64,000 bases of DNA, taken from positions 1 through 64,000 of the IMG/VR virus record IMGVR_UViG_3300033120_000574; one strand, given 5' to 3'. This DNA is from a virus. Lineage: Duplodnaviria; Caudoviricetes. The position numbers and the translations under genes were made by a program. Under the pieces are notes generated by a model. That model was given only the letters and a program-made list of their open reading frames with translations. It made no database searches and was not told where the DNA came from. Below, one piece after another: positions 1 through 7,974 of this stretch (the first letter of the stretch is position 1; the number at the start of each line of letters is the position of its first letter).

Positions 1-2
1 TT

Positions 3-164
3 TATGTTGAGTTTACAGAGCGTAAATCTCATGACGCAGCACACAGGTCAGCGGGTTATCAACCATTGACAAACGAGGAGTGTATCAACCTTCTTGTGAA
101 GCATGCGGGTTACACTGACGAGCAAATAACGCTGCTTACTCTACAAACTGAGGTGCTACAATGA
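3..164 (+). CDS. Partial (5'-truncated) small protein with C-terminal LxLQxEx tag, module A
   Basis: Hand translation ends ...PLTNEECINLLVKHAGYTDEQITLLTLQTEVLQ*; ATGA overlap with the next ORF. Confidence 0.75.
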   Translation, partial: YVEFTERKSHDAAHRSAGYQPLTNEECINLLVKHAGYTDEQITLLTLQTEVLQ

Positions 165-331
165 ATTACTTAGGCTTGTTCATGAAACATGTACGTAGGT
201 CAGGTACACAGTACCCTGGTGAGATAAAGATGAGTGTAATTGCTAAGTATGTGTGGACTACAAAAGCAGTAACCTTTGTAGTTGAAGAGTTGAAACATGC
301 CCAACTTCAATATGAGTTGTCATGTGGTTAA
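161..331 (+). CDS. 56-aa tagged protein (not in ORF track)
   Basis: MNYLGLFMKH...EELKHAQLQYELSCG*; start overlaps the upstream stop. Confidence 0.75.
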   Translation: MNYLGLFMKHVRRSGTQYPGEIKMSVIAKYVWTTKAVTFVVEELKHAQLQYELSCG

Positions 332-570
332 GAATCCTTGAATTGTGGCTTTGGAAGAAACCAGGTCATGTACTTACTGTACAAGACGAGTATGGCACTA
401 TCTTCTTAGAAGTAGATGGATTTTGTCGGGTTCGTTGGGGTCTACTTGGAGCGCCTGATTGTGCTTTACCAGTAACAGAGTACCATGCTGAGAAGCTGGT
501 GAAGGTGTACATTCCAGAGGAAGAACACGAGCTGTTACAACTTAGCGTGGAGTTGCTCAATGCACAGTAA
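322..570 (+). CDS. Hypothetical tagged protein
   Basis: Ends EEEHELLQLSVELLNAQ. Confidence 0.8.
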   Translation: MWLRILELWLWKKPGHVLTVQDEYGTIFLEVDGFCRVRWGLLGAPDCALPVTEYHAEKLVKVYIPEEEHELLQLSVELLNAQ

Positions 571-1000
571 ACTTGACATCATAAAAATGGCCATAATCAA
601 CAAACTAGATACTGCAATAGCACATCACCTAAATCTTCGTGAAGAACAAGAAAAATACGTCTGCATTCAAGACAAGAATGGAAAGAAGCTATACATTAGC
701 TATGTGACATTAGACGTGAGCATCTTTGTTGCAAAAGAAGAATATTCAAGTACAGGCAAACCAACTAACGAGTTTTTCAATACCTTTCCAGTCTTTAATG
801 TCAACAGAATTTACAAAGATGCAATTCGCAACTGCATTGAGTCTGGTTGGATAAACATAAACAACCGGCACAGACACCGCCACCGCGCCCTCCACCGAGA
901 GCTCAGTTTCGGGCGAGGTCTTGTATTGTCAACAGCGCGGAGTATCCTTTCCCCAAAAGAATACAAACTCTTGTTGTTGCAACTGGAGATGCAGGCATGA
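560..1000 (+). CDS. Hypothetical tagged protein
   Basis: Ends LSPKEYKLLLLQLEMQA. Confidence 0.8.
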   Translation: MHSKLDIIKMAIINKLDTAIAHHLNLREEQEKYVCIQDKNGKKLYISYVTLDVSIFVAKEEYSSTGKPTNEFFNTFPVFNVNRIYKDAIRNCIESGWININNRHRHRHRALHRELSFGRGLVLSTARSILSPKEYKLLLLQLEMQA

Positions 1001-1374
1001 AGTCATTCCACTACCAGCACTTACTTGGACGTTATCTGTTCTCTTTAAAGAGTGGATACGGAACCCCAGCGTTTGACAGCGGTCAAAGACTTATTGCTCC
1101 TAACTGTGGAATACGTGTTAGCAGCAAAGTATCGCATCCAGACCAACTGTGCAGTGTTGAGATATTTACAGTATCAAAGGCATATCCGAAACCAGAAAAG
1201 AAACTGGTGTTTCATACACCCTTGCCAAGTGACTTCAGGTACCTTTATCCTACGGGTAATCCACACAGTTACCAAACGTTAAACGAAAAGAAGTGCTGCC
1301 AGTTCTTGCACTGTTTGTTTACTGTGGAGGAAATAGAAATGTTGCAACTCAAACTTGAATTAGTGGACGGTTGA
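997..1374 (+). CDS. Hypothetical tagged protein (start reassigned to ATG 997)
   Basis: ATGA overlap at 997-1000; ends KCCQFLHCLFTVEEIEMLQLKLELVDG. Confidence 0.8.
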   Translation: MKSFHYQHLLGRYLFSLKSGYGTPAFDSGQRLIAPNCGIRVSSKVSHPDQLCSVEIFTVSKAYPKPEKKLVFHTPLPSDFRYLYPTGNPHSYQTLNEKKCCQFLHCLFTVEEIEMLQLKLELVDG

Positions 1375-1377
1375 GCA

Positions 1378-1632
1378 ATGCAACAAGACAAAAAACCCCA
1401 CCAAAAGGCATTGGCAGCATACATTCTGTCCAAGCAGTTCTCCAATACCGATAGAACCCAAGATGTTGAAGTAAACGGAAAGCCATTGTGGGTCGGAGTC
1501 GCAACCAACTCAGTGTACATAGCTGGTGAGGGTGGACCACTAGATAATGAAAAGTGCAGGGAATTTCTAGTTCACTGCATCTCAAAAGAAGAACTCGAAA
1601 TATTGGAGCTACAATATGAACTCGATCAATGA
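1378..1632 (+). CDS. Hypothetical tagged protein
   Basis: Ends PLDNEKCREFLVHCISKEELEILELQYELDQ. Confidence 0.8.
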   Translation: MQQDKKPHQKALAAYILSKQFSNTDRTQDVEVNGKPLWVGVATNSVYIAGEGGPLDNEKCREFLVHCISKEELEILELQYELDQ

Positions 1633-1885
1633 CACTGGTGTGTATTACAAAGCACTGTTTAACTACGTTAAGAACTTTGGAACGTACACGGACAGGCGAG
1701 GCACGCGCGCTGGAGGAGTGCTCTCCGTAGACATTGGCGATCGGGTTATAACATTGTACGCAAACTCATTAGGTTGCGGAATGGGATACCTACTAACAAA
1801 TGTCGAATGCAGGGAGCACTTGTTGCTTGTCCTAACGCCAGAGTCGATGGAAATCTTGGACATTCAACACGAGCTTCAGCAATGA
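1616..1885 (+). CDS. Hypothetical tagged protein
   Basis: Ends LTNVECREHLLLVLTPESMEILDIQHELQQ. Confidence 0.8.
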   Translation: MNSINDTGVYYKALFNYVKNFGTYTDRRGTRAGGVLSVDIGDRVITLYANSLGCGMGYLLTNVECREHLLLVLTPESMEILDIQHELQQ

Positions 1886-2265
1886 TCTCAAAATACTATG
1901 ACTTGTTGGCAAAATACATTCAAGAACATGGCAAGACGCTCAAGTGTACCAGAGATCCTAATTCTGGTGTAATTCCTGAGTTGCCTGAGTTGCCAGAGCA
2001 TTACTTGGTCATTGAAACAAAAGAGTCATTGCACGACTGTGCGTGTGATAGATACGTGTTGCAAACCACAAAGCTAGATGAGTTTGGACTCAAGTATTGT
2101 CCTCCTATCTATGTGGACTACAACAACACAGACTCTTGGACCTACTTTCTGTTCCGAGGTAATGGTTCACACGAAAGAAGAGAAAAGGATGCACGAGCAT
2201 TATTGCTTCGCTTGTGTCCAGAAGAGCTAGCCATGCTGGAGCTACAGCTTGAGCTTGCTGCATGA
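1882..2265 (+). CDS. Hypothetical tagged protein (start reassigned to ATG 1882)
   Basis: ATGA overlap; ends LCPEELAMLELQLELAA. Confidence 0.8.
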   Translation: MISKYYDLLAKYIQEHGKTLKCTRDPNSGVIPELPELPEHYLVIETKESLHDCACDRYVLQTTKLDEFGLKYCPPIYVDYNNTDSWTYFLFRGNGSHERREKDARALLLRLCPEELAMLELQLELAA

Positions 2266-2548
2266 ATAAAATTCCTATGAACATCAAGCCGTCAAGTTAC
2301 CCAGCTTACTATGGAAAGGTGTACTACAACCTAGCCGTCAGGTACATAAACAAGCATGCAGATACATACGATGACATTCATGTCGAAGACAAGCATTACT
2401 GTATTCTAGGAACAGAAATACTAATCAACCAAGGCAAAGCAACTGGTGCAATCAACGGGTTGCATACAGTAAATGTAAAGAGTTGTGTGAGAAGTTACTT
2501 ACACAAGAAGAGCTACAACTACTTCAACTGCAAGAAGAATTAACTTAG
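2262..2548 (+). pseudogene. Frameshifted tagged protein (tag in the -1 frame)
   Basis: ORF 2262..2543 lacks the tag. The -1 frame from ~2470 reads KCKELCEKLLTQEELQLLQLQEELT* (stop 2546-2548) and has no ATG of its own. Confidence 0.75.
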
Positions 2549-2709
2549 ATCTGTAGCTAATGATCAAGAAGGATCTAATTCTTCTCTTTGATCAAACTTG
2601 ATACCCACCCAACCAATTAACCCATATCATCACGTCAGTAGAGATCTACAGTATTACAGTTGGCTTGTCAAGCTATAACGTTTGATACCCTGGTACAGGA
2701 GATAGGATC
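2548..2709. other. Non-coding GATC-rich intergenic region
   Basis: GATC at 2548, 2562, 2572, 2590, 2643 and 2706; imperfect inverted repeat 2561-2594. Confidence 0.5.
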
Positions 2710-2711
2710 CA

Positions 2712-2816
2712 ATGAACGAACCAGATGAAGTGGATAGCATTCCCATCTTCGATGAAGATGACTCTGAATATCTAGACCGCATTTACTTTACTGAGCAAAC
2801 TACGGAGCTACTGTGA
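2712..2816 (+). CDS. 34-aa acidic peptide
   Basis: MNEPDEVDSIPIFDEDDSEYLDRIYFTEQTTELL*; upstream AGGA; GTGA overlap with the next gene. Confidence 0.55.
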   Translation: MNEPDEVDSIPIFDEDDSEYLDRIYFTEQTTELL

Positions 2817-3820
2817 GCAAGAAATACAATTTTGATAACCGCTTAGACCGCCGAGGAAAGCCTACAAGGGCTTCAAACTACGAGACTGCACACCTCAAGG
2901 TTCCATGTGCTTGTGGGGCTCCTATCAAGCACAAAGGGCCACAGCTACACACGGTCACAGTGGTGTTTGATCGTCCAGCAATGTCTATCAAGACTGTTCG
3001 AGCCCAGTGTGCTGCAACTGCTGGGTTTGACGTAATTGCTGACTTGTCCCCTGACTTGCCAACTTGTGTTCGTTTTGCCAAAGCTTTGCTTACTGCAGCT
3101 ACTGAGGGAGGAACTAAAGAGTTTCAAATACTAGATGAACACAGTGACGAAAAGCGGATTGACACATATGGGGACCTGAAAGTTACATTTACATTGACTA
3201 GTTTGGTGCGTGCCTCAAATCTGGCAAACAATTTGCGAAATAGTTGGGACAGGCTACGAGACCTCCGAATTACAGAGAAAGAAAGTAAGAAGCCTGCAGC
3301 TGTTGCATTGAAACCACGTTTGTTGCAAAACTCATTTACTGCTTTTGTAAGTAAATCAATGCCATTCATTGATGACTGTGCAGCAGGCACATGTCCCCAC
3401 ACATACCCAGTGATTAATAACAACCATCTTGAGTTCACAGTTAGCATTGCGTACGATGGCTCACTTCAACTTTGCACAAACGGTGGTACAGTTGCTACAC
3501 AGCGTGTTGGACAGACTACATGGGTGGCAGACGATGACCGTGTATTGAGCTACTTTGGGTCACGTATTCACCCATGTGCGTATCCTGGCAACGTTAGTTA
3601 CAAACGAATAAACAAACAAAGTGTAGAAGCAAAAAGTGTTTACTGCTTCTTTTGCAAGCAGTCTTTTGAGAAGATTGACAAACATCTTGAAGGCGCTAAA
3701 CACTTGACTGCGGTAAAAAACTGGTTCTCACTCTTCTTGAAAGCCCACTCCTCAGCAGGCTTAAAGATGTTGAACAACCAAAAGTACAAACACATCTTCT
3801 TTCCTAATTTGGTGAAATAA
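2813..3820 (+). CDS. Hypothetical protein with C-terminal matrin/U1-type C2H2 zinc finger
   Basis: YCFFCKQSFEKIDKHLEGAKH pattern; also CxC near the N-terminus. Confidence 0.6.
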   Translation: MSKKYNFDNRLDRRGKPTRASNYETAHLKVPCACGAPIKHKGPQLHTVTVVFDRPAMSIKTVRAQCAATAGFDVIADLSPDLPTCVRFAKALLTAATEGGTKEFQILDEHSDEKRIDTYGDLKVTFTLTSLVRASNLANNLRNSWDRLRDLRITEKESKKPAAVALKPRLLQNSFTAFVSKSMPFIDDCAAGTCPHTYPVINNNHLEFTVSIAYDGSLQLCTNGGTVATQRVGQTTWVADDDRVLSYFGSRIHPCAYPGNVSYKRINKQSVEAKSVYCFFCKQSFEKIDKHLEGAKHLTAVKNWFSLFLKAHSSAGLKMLNNQKYKHIFFPNLVK

Positions 3821-3821
3821 C

Positions 3822-4421
3822 ATGCATTTTTGTCACGAAGAACTATTTCTCATTACCAGTGCAGCAGCGTTTGCAAAGCCAGCTTACTCTTACTTAAAAG
3901 GTAAGAGCTATTTGGTTGGACTTAGCTTGCTCGCTCTAGTCAACCTTGGATGTCCACGAAGAGGGGAGATGGACGTTCGCACAGACGCAGAAATGCCTGT
4001 CGCTGTTGATGCTGCAATGAGTACAACAGATGTATACGGAGCAGATGCACAAGTTACCCAGGAAGACGCAGATGCATTTGTTGGCACAGATGCTGCATTC
4101 ACCAATTGCCCAGAGCTGCCATCAACTGCAAGGTATCTATTTGCTTCAACTAACTGTGTAGCCCCTGTAAACACAATCACAGCCATCACAGTCACAGGAC
4201 GTACTGAGTTGGTTGATGGAATGTGTTACGCGGATATCTGGGTGCAGTCGGATACCTGTGGCGGTTCCTACTCCCTGCCTTGGTCACTTGGAGTGGACAG
4301 CTTCATGTTGCGTTGTGGTAGTGAACTTACGCAGTGCAGAATTCGTACCACGGAGGAAACACTAACCATGACATGCATCCAGAACGCAATACAGTGCACC
4401 ATGTTTTTTGACCACAGCTAA
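3822..4421 (+). CDS. Putative lipoprotein / exported Cys-rich protein
   Basis: Hydrophobic segment ending in lipobox-like VNLG-C, DA-rich linker, Cys-rich C-terminal domain. Confidence 0.55.
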   Translation: MHFCHEELFLITSAAAFAKPAYSYLKGKSYLVGLSLLALVNLGCPRRGEMDVRTDAEMPVAVDAAMSTTDVYGADAQVTQEDADAFVGTDAAFTNCPELPSTARYLFASTNCVAPVNTITAITVTGRTELVDGMCYADIWVQSDTCGGSYSLPWSLGVDSFMLRCGSELTQCRIRTTEETLTMTCIQNAIQCTMFFDHS

Positions 4422-4434
4422 GAATGGAACTTTC

Positions 4435-4851
4435 ATGACCGAATTCGTAATCACAGCGCCAGTCACAGTCACAGATTCAATAGAGGAAGCAAAGGCTTTC
4501 GTTGTTGAACAAAACCTTGAGTTACTTAAGACGCAGTATTCCATGCTTGTGGATCCTAATGCTTGCTTCACGAGTGAAGTTTGTGAAGCATTGGCTGAAG
4601 CTGGAATCCTAACCAAAGAACCTTCAACGTATGAGAAGCCTCCTACTGAGGTCGGAGGTGAACCCACCGTCATTCACTCATCGATCACTCTAAACGGTGT
4701 GAAGGTTAAGCTGTACAACTATTCCTGGTTGCACAAGGAACTTGCTACGCCCTCACAGTTTCTTTCACTGGCCTCTCCAGACTTACTTAAACAAGTAGCC
4801 TGGGATCTGCGTACGTTTCCAGCATTTTGTAATGTGGTGTCAAATGGCTAA
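4435..4851 (+). CDS. Hypothetical protein
   Basis: Long ORF in a coupled + strand run; start uncertain (4408 or 4435). Confidence 0.65.
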   Translation: MTEFVITAPVTVTDSIEEAKAFVVEQNLELLKTQYSMLVDPNACFTSEVCEALAEAGILTKEPSTYEKPPTEVGGEPTVIHSSITLNGVKVKLYNYSWLHKELATPSQFLSLASPDLLKQVAWDLRTFPAFCNVVSNG

Positions 4852-5440
4852 AACATTAGAAAAAAGAGTTGCCGAGGTTATAGCCCACGAAACTGATTGG
4901 ACAGCCCAAGTACTAAAGAGCAGAAAGAGTGAGCTTAAAAGAGGAAAGACAACAGAAAAGTTGGTGGAGCAGTTACAAGACAGAATTGAGACAGCTTCCG
5001 AGAAATGGTTTGACCAATTCTTTAATGGAGACCAGGAGTTAGTAACAACACAGATAGACAATGCTGTAAAAGCAAACCTGGACAACATGCTGGAGGAAGC
5101 TGTAAAATCAGCTACGGTTGGAACTGGTGGCTATGGGGGCGCTCCAAAACTGTTCAAGAGCAAGATTGATCCTATCCTGAACGAAGCAATTACAGAATCA
5201 TTTAAGGCTCTTGATTTGCCGTCTAAGATCAAAGCAGCCATAGCTGCACAAGAAGAAGCTATGCAGCTACACATAAACAATGTAGTATCAGATTACATAC
5301 GAAGAGAGCTGCACAATCTTTCTCGTTCATCAGAGGAACTGATCAAGGCGGCTATTGTAGCTCATCAAAGAAATACTTTGGAAACCTTTGAGGCACGCTT
5401 GAAGGGTATGCAAGAACTGATGAATGCAGGAAAAGGTTGA
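4844..5440 (+). CDS. Hypothetical helical/coiled-coil protein
   Basis: Ends RLKGMQELMNAGKG (possible class II tag). Confidence 0.7.
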   Translation: MAKTLEKRVAEVIAHETDWTAQVLKSRKSELKRGKTTEKLVEQLQDRIETASEKWFDQFFNGDQELVTTQIDNAVKANLDNMLEEAVKSATVGTGGYGGAPKLFKSKIDPILNEAITESFKALDLPSKIKAAIAAQEEAMQLHINNVVSDYIRRELHNLSRSSEELIKAAIVAHQRNTLETFEARLKGMQELMNAGKG

Positions 5441-5739
5441 ACATGAGTAAAGTATACACAGTCTACCAGTATTGCCGAGAGGGCATTGAGCGTGGCACGT
5501 TCTCCACGAAAAGTGCTGCATACGATTACGCATTCGAGTACATCAAAGAGACCGTCTTCTTCATCATTAGAAGCAAACTCTTCACAGCAAGCGAAGATGA
5601 CATGCTTCCATCTCTTGCAGAGAAGATAATGAAGATGGAGCCAAAGGAAGCTGTGCTGGCTTGGAATGCTTGGGCAGAGAAGAATACATACGGTGATGAT
5701 TACTACCTTGAAGTAGAGGAAGTTACTGTCAACCTTTGA
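5437..5739 (+). CDS. Hypothetical protein
   Basis: ORF track; coupled to the upstream stop. Confidence 0.7.
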   Translation: MNMSKVYTVYQYCREGIERGTFSTKSAAYDYAFEYIKETVFFIIRSKLFTASEDDMLPSLAEKIMKMEPKEAVLAWNAWAEKNTYGDDYYLEVEEVTVNL

Positions 5740-5829
5740 CAGTAACATCTTACCTGCTACACCTAACTTGTTCCTAAACGAAAACAAACAAACAACAACC
5801 AAACAACAACCAAACAAAAGAGAAAACAA
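5736..5829 (+). promoter_or_regulatory. Putative sigma70-like promoter and A/C-rich leader
   Basis: TTGACA at 5736; TTGACAGTAACA repeated at 13811; leader 5776-5829 is almost only A/C. Confidence 0.5.
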
Positions 5830-6219
5830 ATGGAAAATTCAGAAAATTCAGTTCACGACACGATCATTGCAGCACTTGAAGCAGAGAAGCAGGTTCACGA
5901 AGCACAGTTGAACTACGAGAATAAGCTTCAAGCAATCATCGCACAGAACGGTGGAGCAACCTTCGAGCACGAATCTCGTTGGTTCCAGATTCGTACACGT
6001 GATGATGGAGAGCGCCGTGTGTCCTACCTGTGCGCGTTGAAGGACAACCCCAAGAACTACCTTCGTGGTCGTCCAAAGGGTTCCGTGAACAAGAAGAAGC
6101 CAACGAGCTTGACTGATGTACCTACGTCAGTTACAGAACAGCTTACTGCGCTTGATGCAGCACTTCTAGCTGAGCAAGCAGTCGCCACGCCAGAGGGCAC
6201 CACAACTGTCATTGATTGA
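5830..6219 (+). CDS. Hypothetical protein with AT-hook-like RGRPKGS
   Basis: RGRPKGSVNKKK basic motif; possibly DNA binding. Confidence 0.65.
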   Translation: MENSENSVHDTIIAALEAEKQVHEAQLNYENKLQAIIAQNGGATFEHESRWFQIRTRDDGERRVSYLCALKDNPKNYLRGRPKGSVNKKKPTSLTDVPTSVTEQLTALDAALLAEQAVATPEGTTTVID

Positions 6220-6225
6220 GGATAA

Positions 6226-6468
6226 ATGTACAAGCATACGGTTAGTCACCAGGTTCAAGGCAAGCTAGTTGAAGTTTATAGTGAGACTCTTGAATCACGT
6301 GAGCCACAACAGCGGATTGTTGACCTACTAGACAATGTAGCCAGGACTACATTTGAGCGAGCAAATGGAGTTGAAGGTGGTTGCGCTTTCACTGCCATTG
6401 CTTACAAGGTTGACGATTCGCTTGAACACTACGTTCATCGAGGTTTCTTCCTAGATCAGTATAACTGA
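6226..6468 (+). CDS. Hypothetical protein
   Basis: GAGG ribosome-binding site upstream; ORF track. Confidence 0.65.
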   Translation: MYKHTVSHQVQGKLVEVYSETLESREPQQRIVDLLDNVARTTFERANGVEGGCAFTAIAYKVDDSLEHYVHRGFFLDQYN

Positions 6469-6480
6469 GTTTAAATTTCC

Positions 6481-6531
6481 TTGCAATGTGAACGCCTAGA
6501 CGGTATAAAAGCTGTTTAGGCGTTCACTGCA
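6481..6531 (+). promoter_or_regulatory. Sigma70-like promoter embedded in a 16-bp inverted repeat
   Basis: TTGCAA(6481)-17 nt-TATAAA(6504); arms GTGAACGCCTAGACGG / CTGTTTAGGCGTTCAC. Confidence 0.65.
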
Positions 6532-6541
6532 TTGGAGATAT

Positions 6542-7309
6542 ATGGCTAAAGATCCTGAGAAACAAGAGTTGTTGAAGAAGCTTGGCATTGAAGATACCAA
6601 GAAGAACTGGACTAAAGCGGAACTACAAGACCGTGTTCGTAGAATTGAAGAAGAAGCAAAAGCTAAAGAAGCGTTGAAGGCTAAGCTAGAACCAATCATG
6701 GGTGAGCTTCCCAAGGAAGCGCCAGCAGAAATGGAAATACCAGATAGCTTAGTTACTGCCGAAGACCCGTTCAATGGTTTGAGTGATCGCCAAAGAACAA
6801 TTGCTAGACTAAGACTTCGTAACATTTCTCAAGGTGCAATAGCTAAGTTACTTGGTGTAACCCAACCGCTAATCAGCGTAGAGCTTAAAGCCATCCGAGA
6901 GTGGCAGATAGCACGTGGTAAGAACGTAGACCAAGCAGCCGTTGTAGGCGCTGCCACAAGCATCTACGACGAAGTAGAGCACCAGGCTTGGCAGCTGTTC
7001 TATGACACCGAAGCACCCTCTGAGGACAAGTTTAAAGCGCTTGCATTAGTGATGCAGTCTCGTGAAAAGCAAACAAAGCTTATGATGGACCTTGGCCTAC
7101 TCAAGAAGGCAAGCCAAGAGATTACACATAAGTTAGAAGTCTCTCCTTTCCTAGAGAAGTGGAAATCTGGAGATGCAAAGAAATCATTTGGCGATACCAT
7201 TGTGAGTAGCCAGCTTACACCTTTGGCAGAGCCAACATTAGATATTGAAGACGCTGATATAGTCGAAGACACCAAACCGGAATCCGAGGAGGTTCCAGAA
7301 GACGACTAA
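6542..7309 (+). CDS. HTH DNA-binding protein (possibly terminase small subunit-like)
   Basis: LSDRQRTIARLRLRNISQGAIAKLLGVTQPLIS is an HTH; helical middle region, acidic tail. Confidence 0.6.
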   Translation: MAKDPEKQELLKKLGIEDTKKNWTKAELQDRVRRIEEEAKAKEALKAKLEPIMGELPKEAPAEMEIPDSLVTAEDPFNGLSDRQRTIARLRLRNISQGAIAKLLGVTQPLISVELKAIREWQIARGKNVDQAAVVGAATSIYDEVEHQAWQLFYDTEAPSEDKFKALALVMQSREKQTKLMMDLGLLKKASQEITHKLEVSPFLEKWKSGDAKKSFGDTIVSSQLTPLAEPTLDIEDADIVEDTKPESEEVPEDD

Positions 7310-7414
7310 ATGTTAGGTTTGTGGCGAAACATGTTGCATGACTACCTTTGTGCTGCTGACGAGGACAAAGAAGATGTGATCGCAATGATGCAGCTTAAAC
7401 AGGAGCTACGATGA
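7310..7414 (+). CDS. 34-aa tag-only peptide (not in ORF track)
   Basis: MLGLWRNMLHDYLCAADEDKEDVIAMMQLKQELR*; fills the gap exactly, with ATGA overlap. Confidence 0.7.
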   Translation: MLGLWRNMLHDYLCAADEDKEDVIAMMQLKQELR

Positions 7415-7719
7415 CAGAGGACACTTTGTGGTTACGTGCTCTTCGTTTTCGTGGAGAGCAGTTAAGCGTAGTAGCTGGCGTAGTAACCTTTCCTCAAGTA
7501 AAAATTGATAGGCTTTCATACTATCTTGACTGTGTATACTGTCGAGGAAGTGCACCCGAGTATGCGCTCGCACCCAAATCAGAGCTTGTTACACGAACAC
7601 CCAGCAAGCCTACACAGTGGCACATTGTGCCACTTGATAGAGCTAAAGAATTCCTGCTGCAGTTGGACCCTAACTTTGACATTGAAGTCTTCCAACTTCA
7701 ACAAGAGTTACAGCCATGA
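7411..7719 (+). CDS. Hypothetical tagged protein, module B
   Basis: Ends LDPNFDIEVFQLQQELQP. Confidence 0.8.
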   Translation: MTEDTLWLRALRFRGEQLSVVAGVVTFPQVKIDRLSYYLDCVYCRGSAPEYALAPKSELVTRTPSKPTQWHIVPLDRAKEFLLQLDPNFDIEVFQLQQELQP

Positions 7720-7974
7720 CAGTGTATTATCATGCACTCAAAAACCTTATATTGACTAAGTACATGAAAGACCCTTTGCTCCTTCTAGGATACGAACTAG
7801 ACGTGAATGCAACGCATACTTTTCTCATGATCACAAACCATGTCTCCCCAAACTGGAGAAAGGTTATATGAGCACGAAGTAGATCTTTGTAAAGCATTAG
7901 TGTTTGCTCATGATCCAAACTTCAATGAAGAGTTATTTCAACTTCAATATGAGTTAACAGATGCACTACACTAG
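7716..7974 (+). pseudogene. Frameshifted tagged protein, module B
   Basis: ATG 7716 frame stops at 7869-7871. The +1 frame after CCCCAAA (7846-7852) reads TGERLYEHEVDLCKALVFAHDPNFNEELFQLQYELTDALH*. Confidence 0.75.

Noticed and set aside
847-996. Pro-rich N-terminal extension of ORF 847..1374, and similar long starts at 1774, 14427, 24848, 38581 and 51252
   Set aside because: These overlap upstream genes or RNA elements. Downstream ATGs with stop-start overlap or a ribosome-binding site are better starts.
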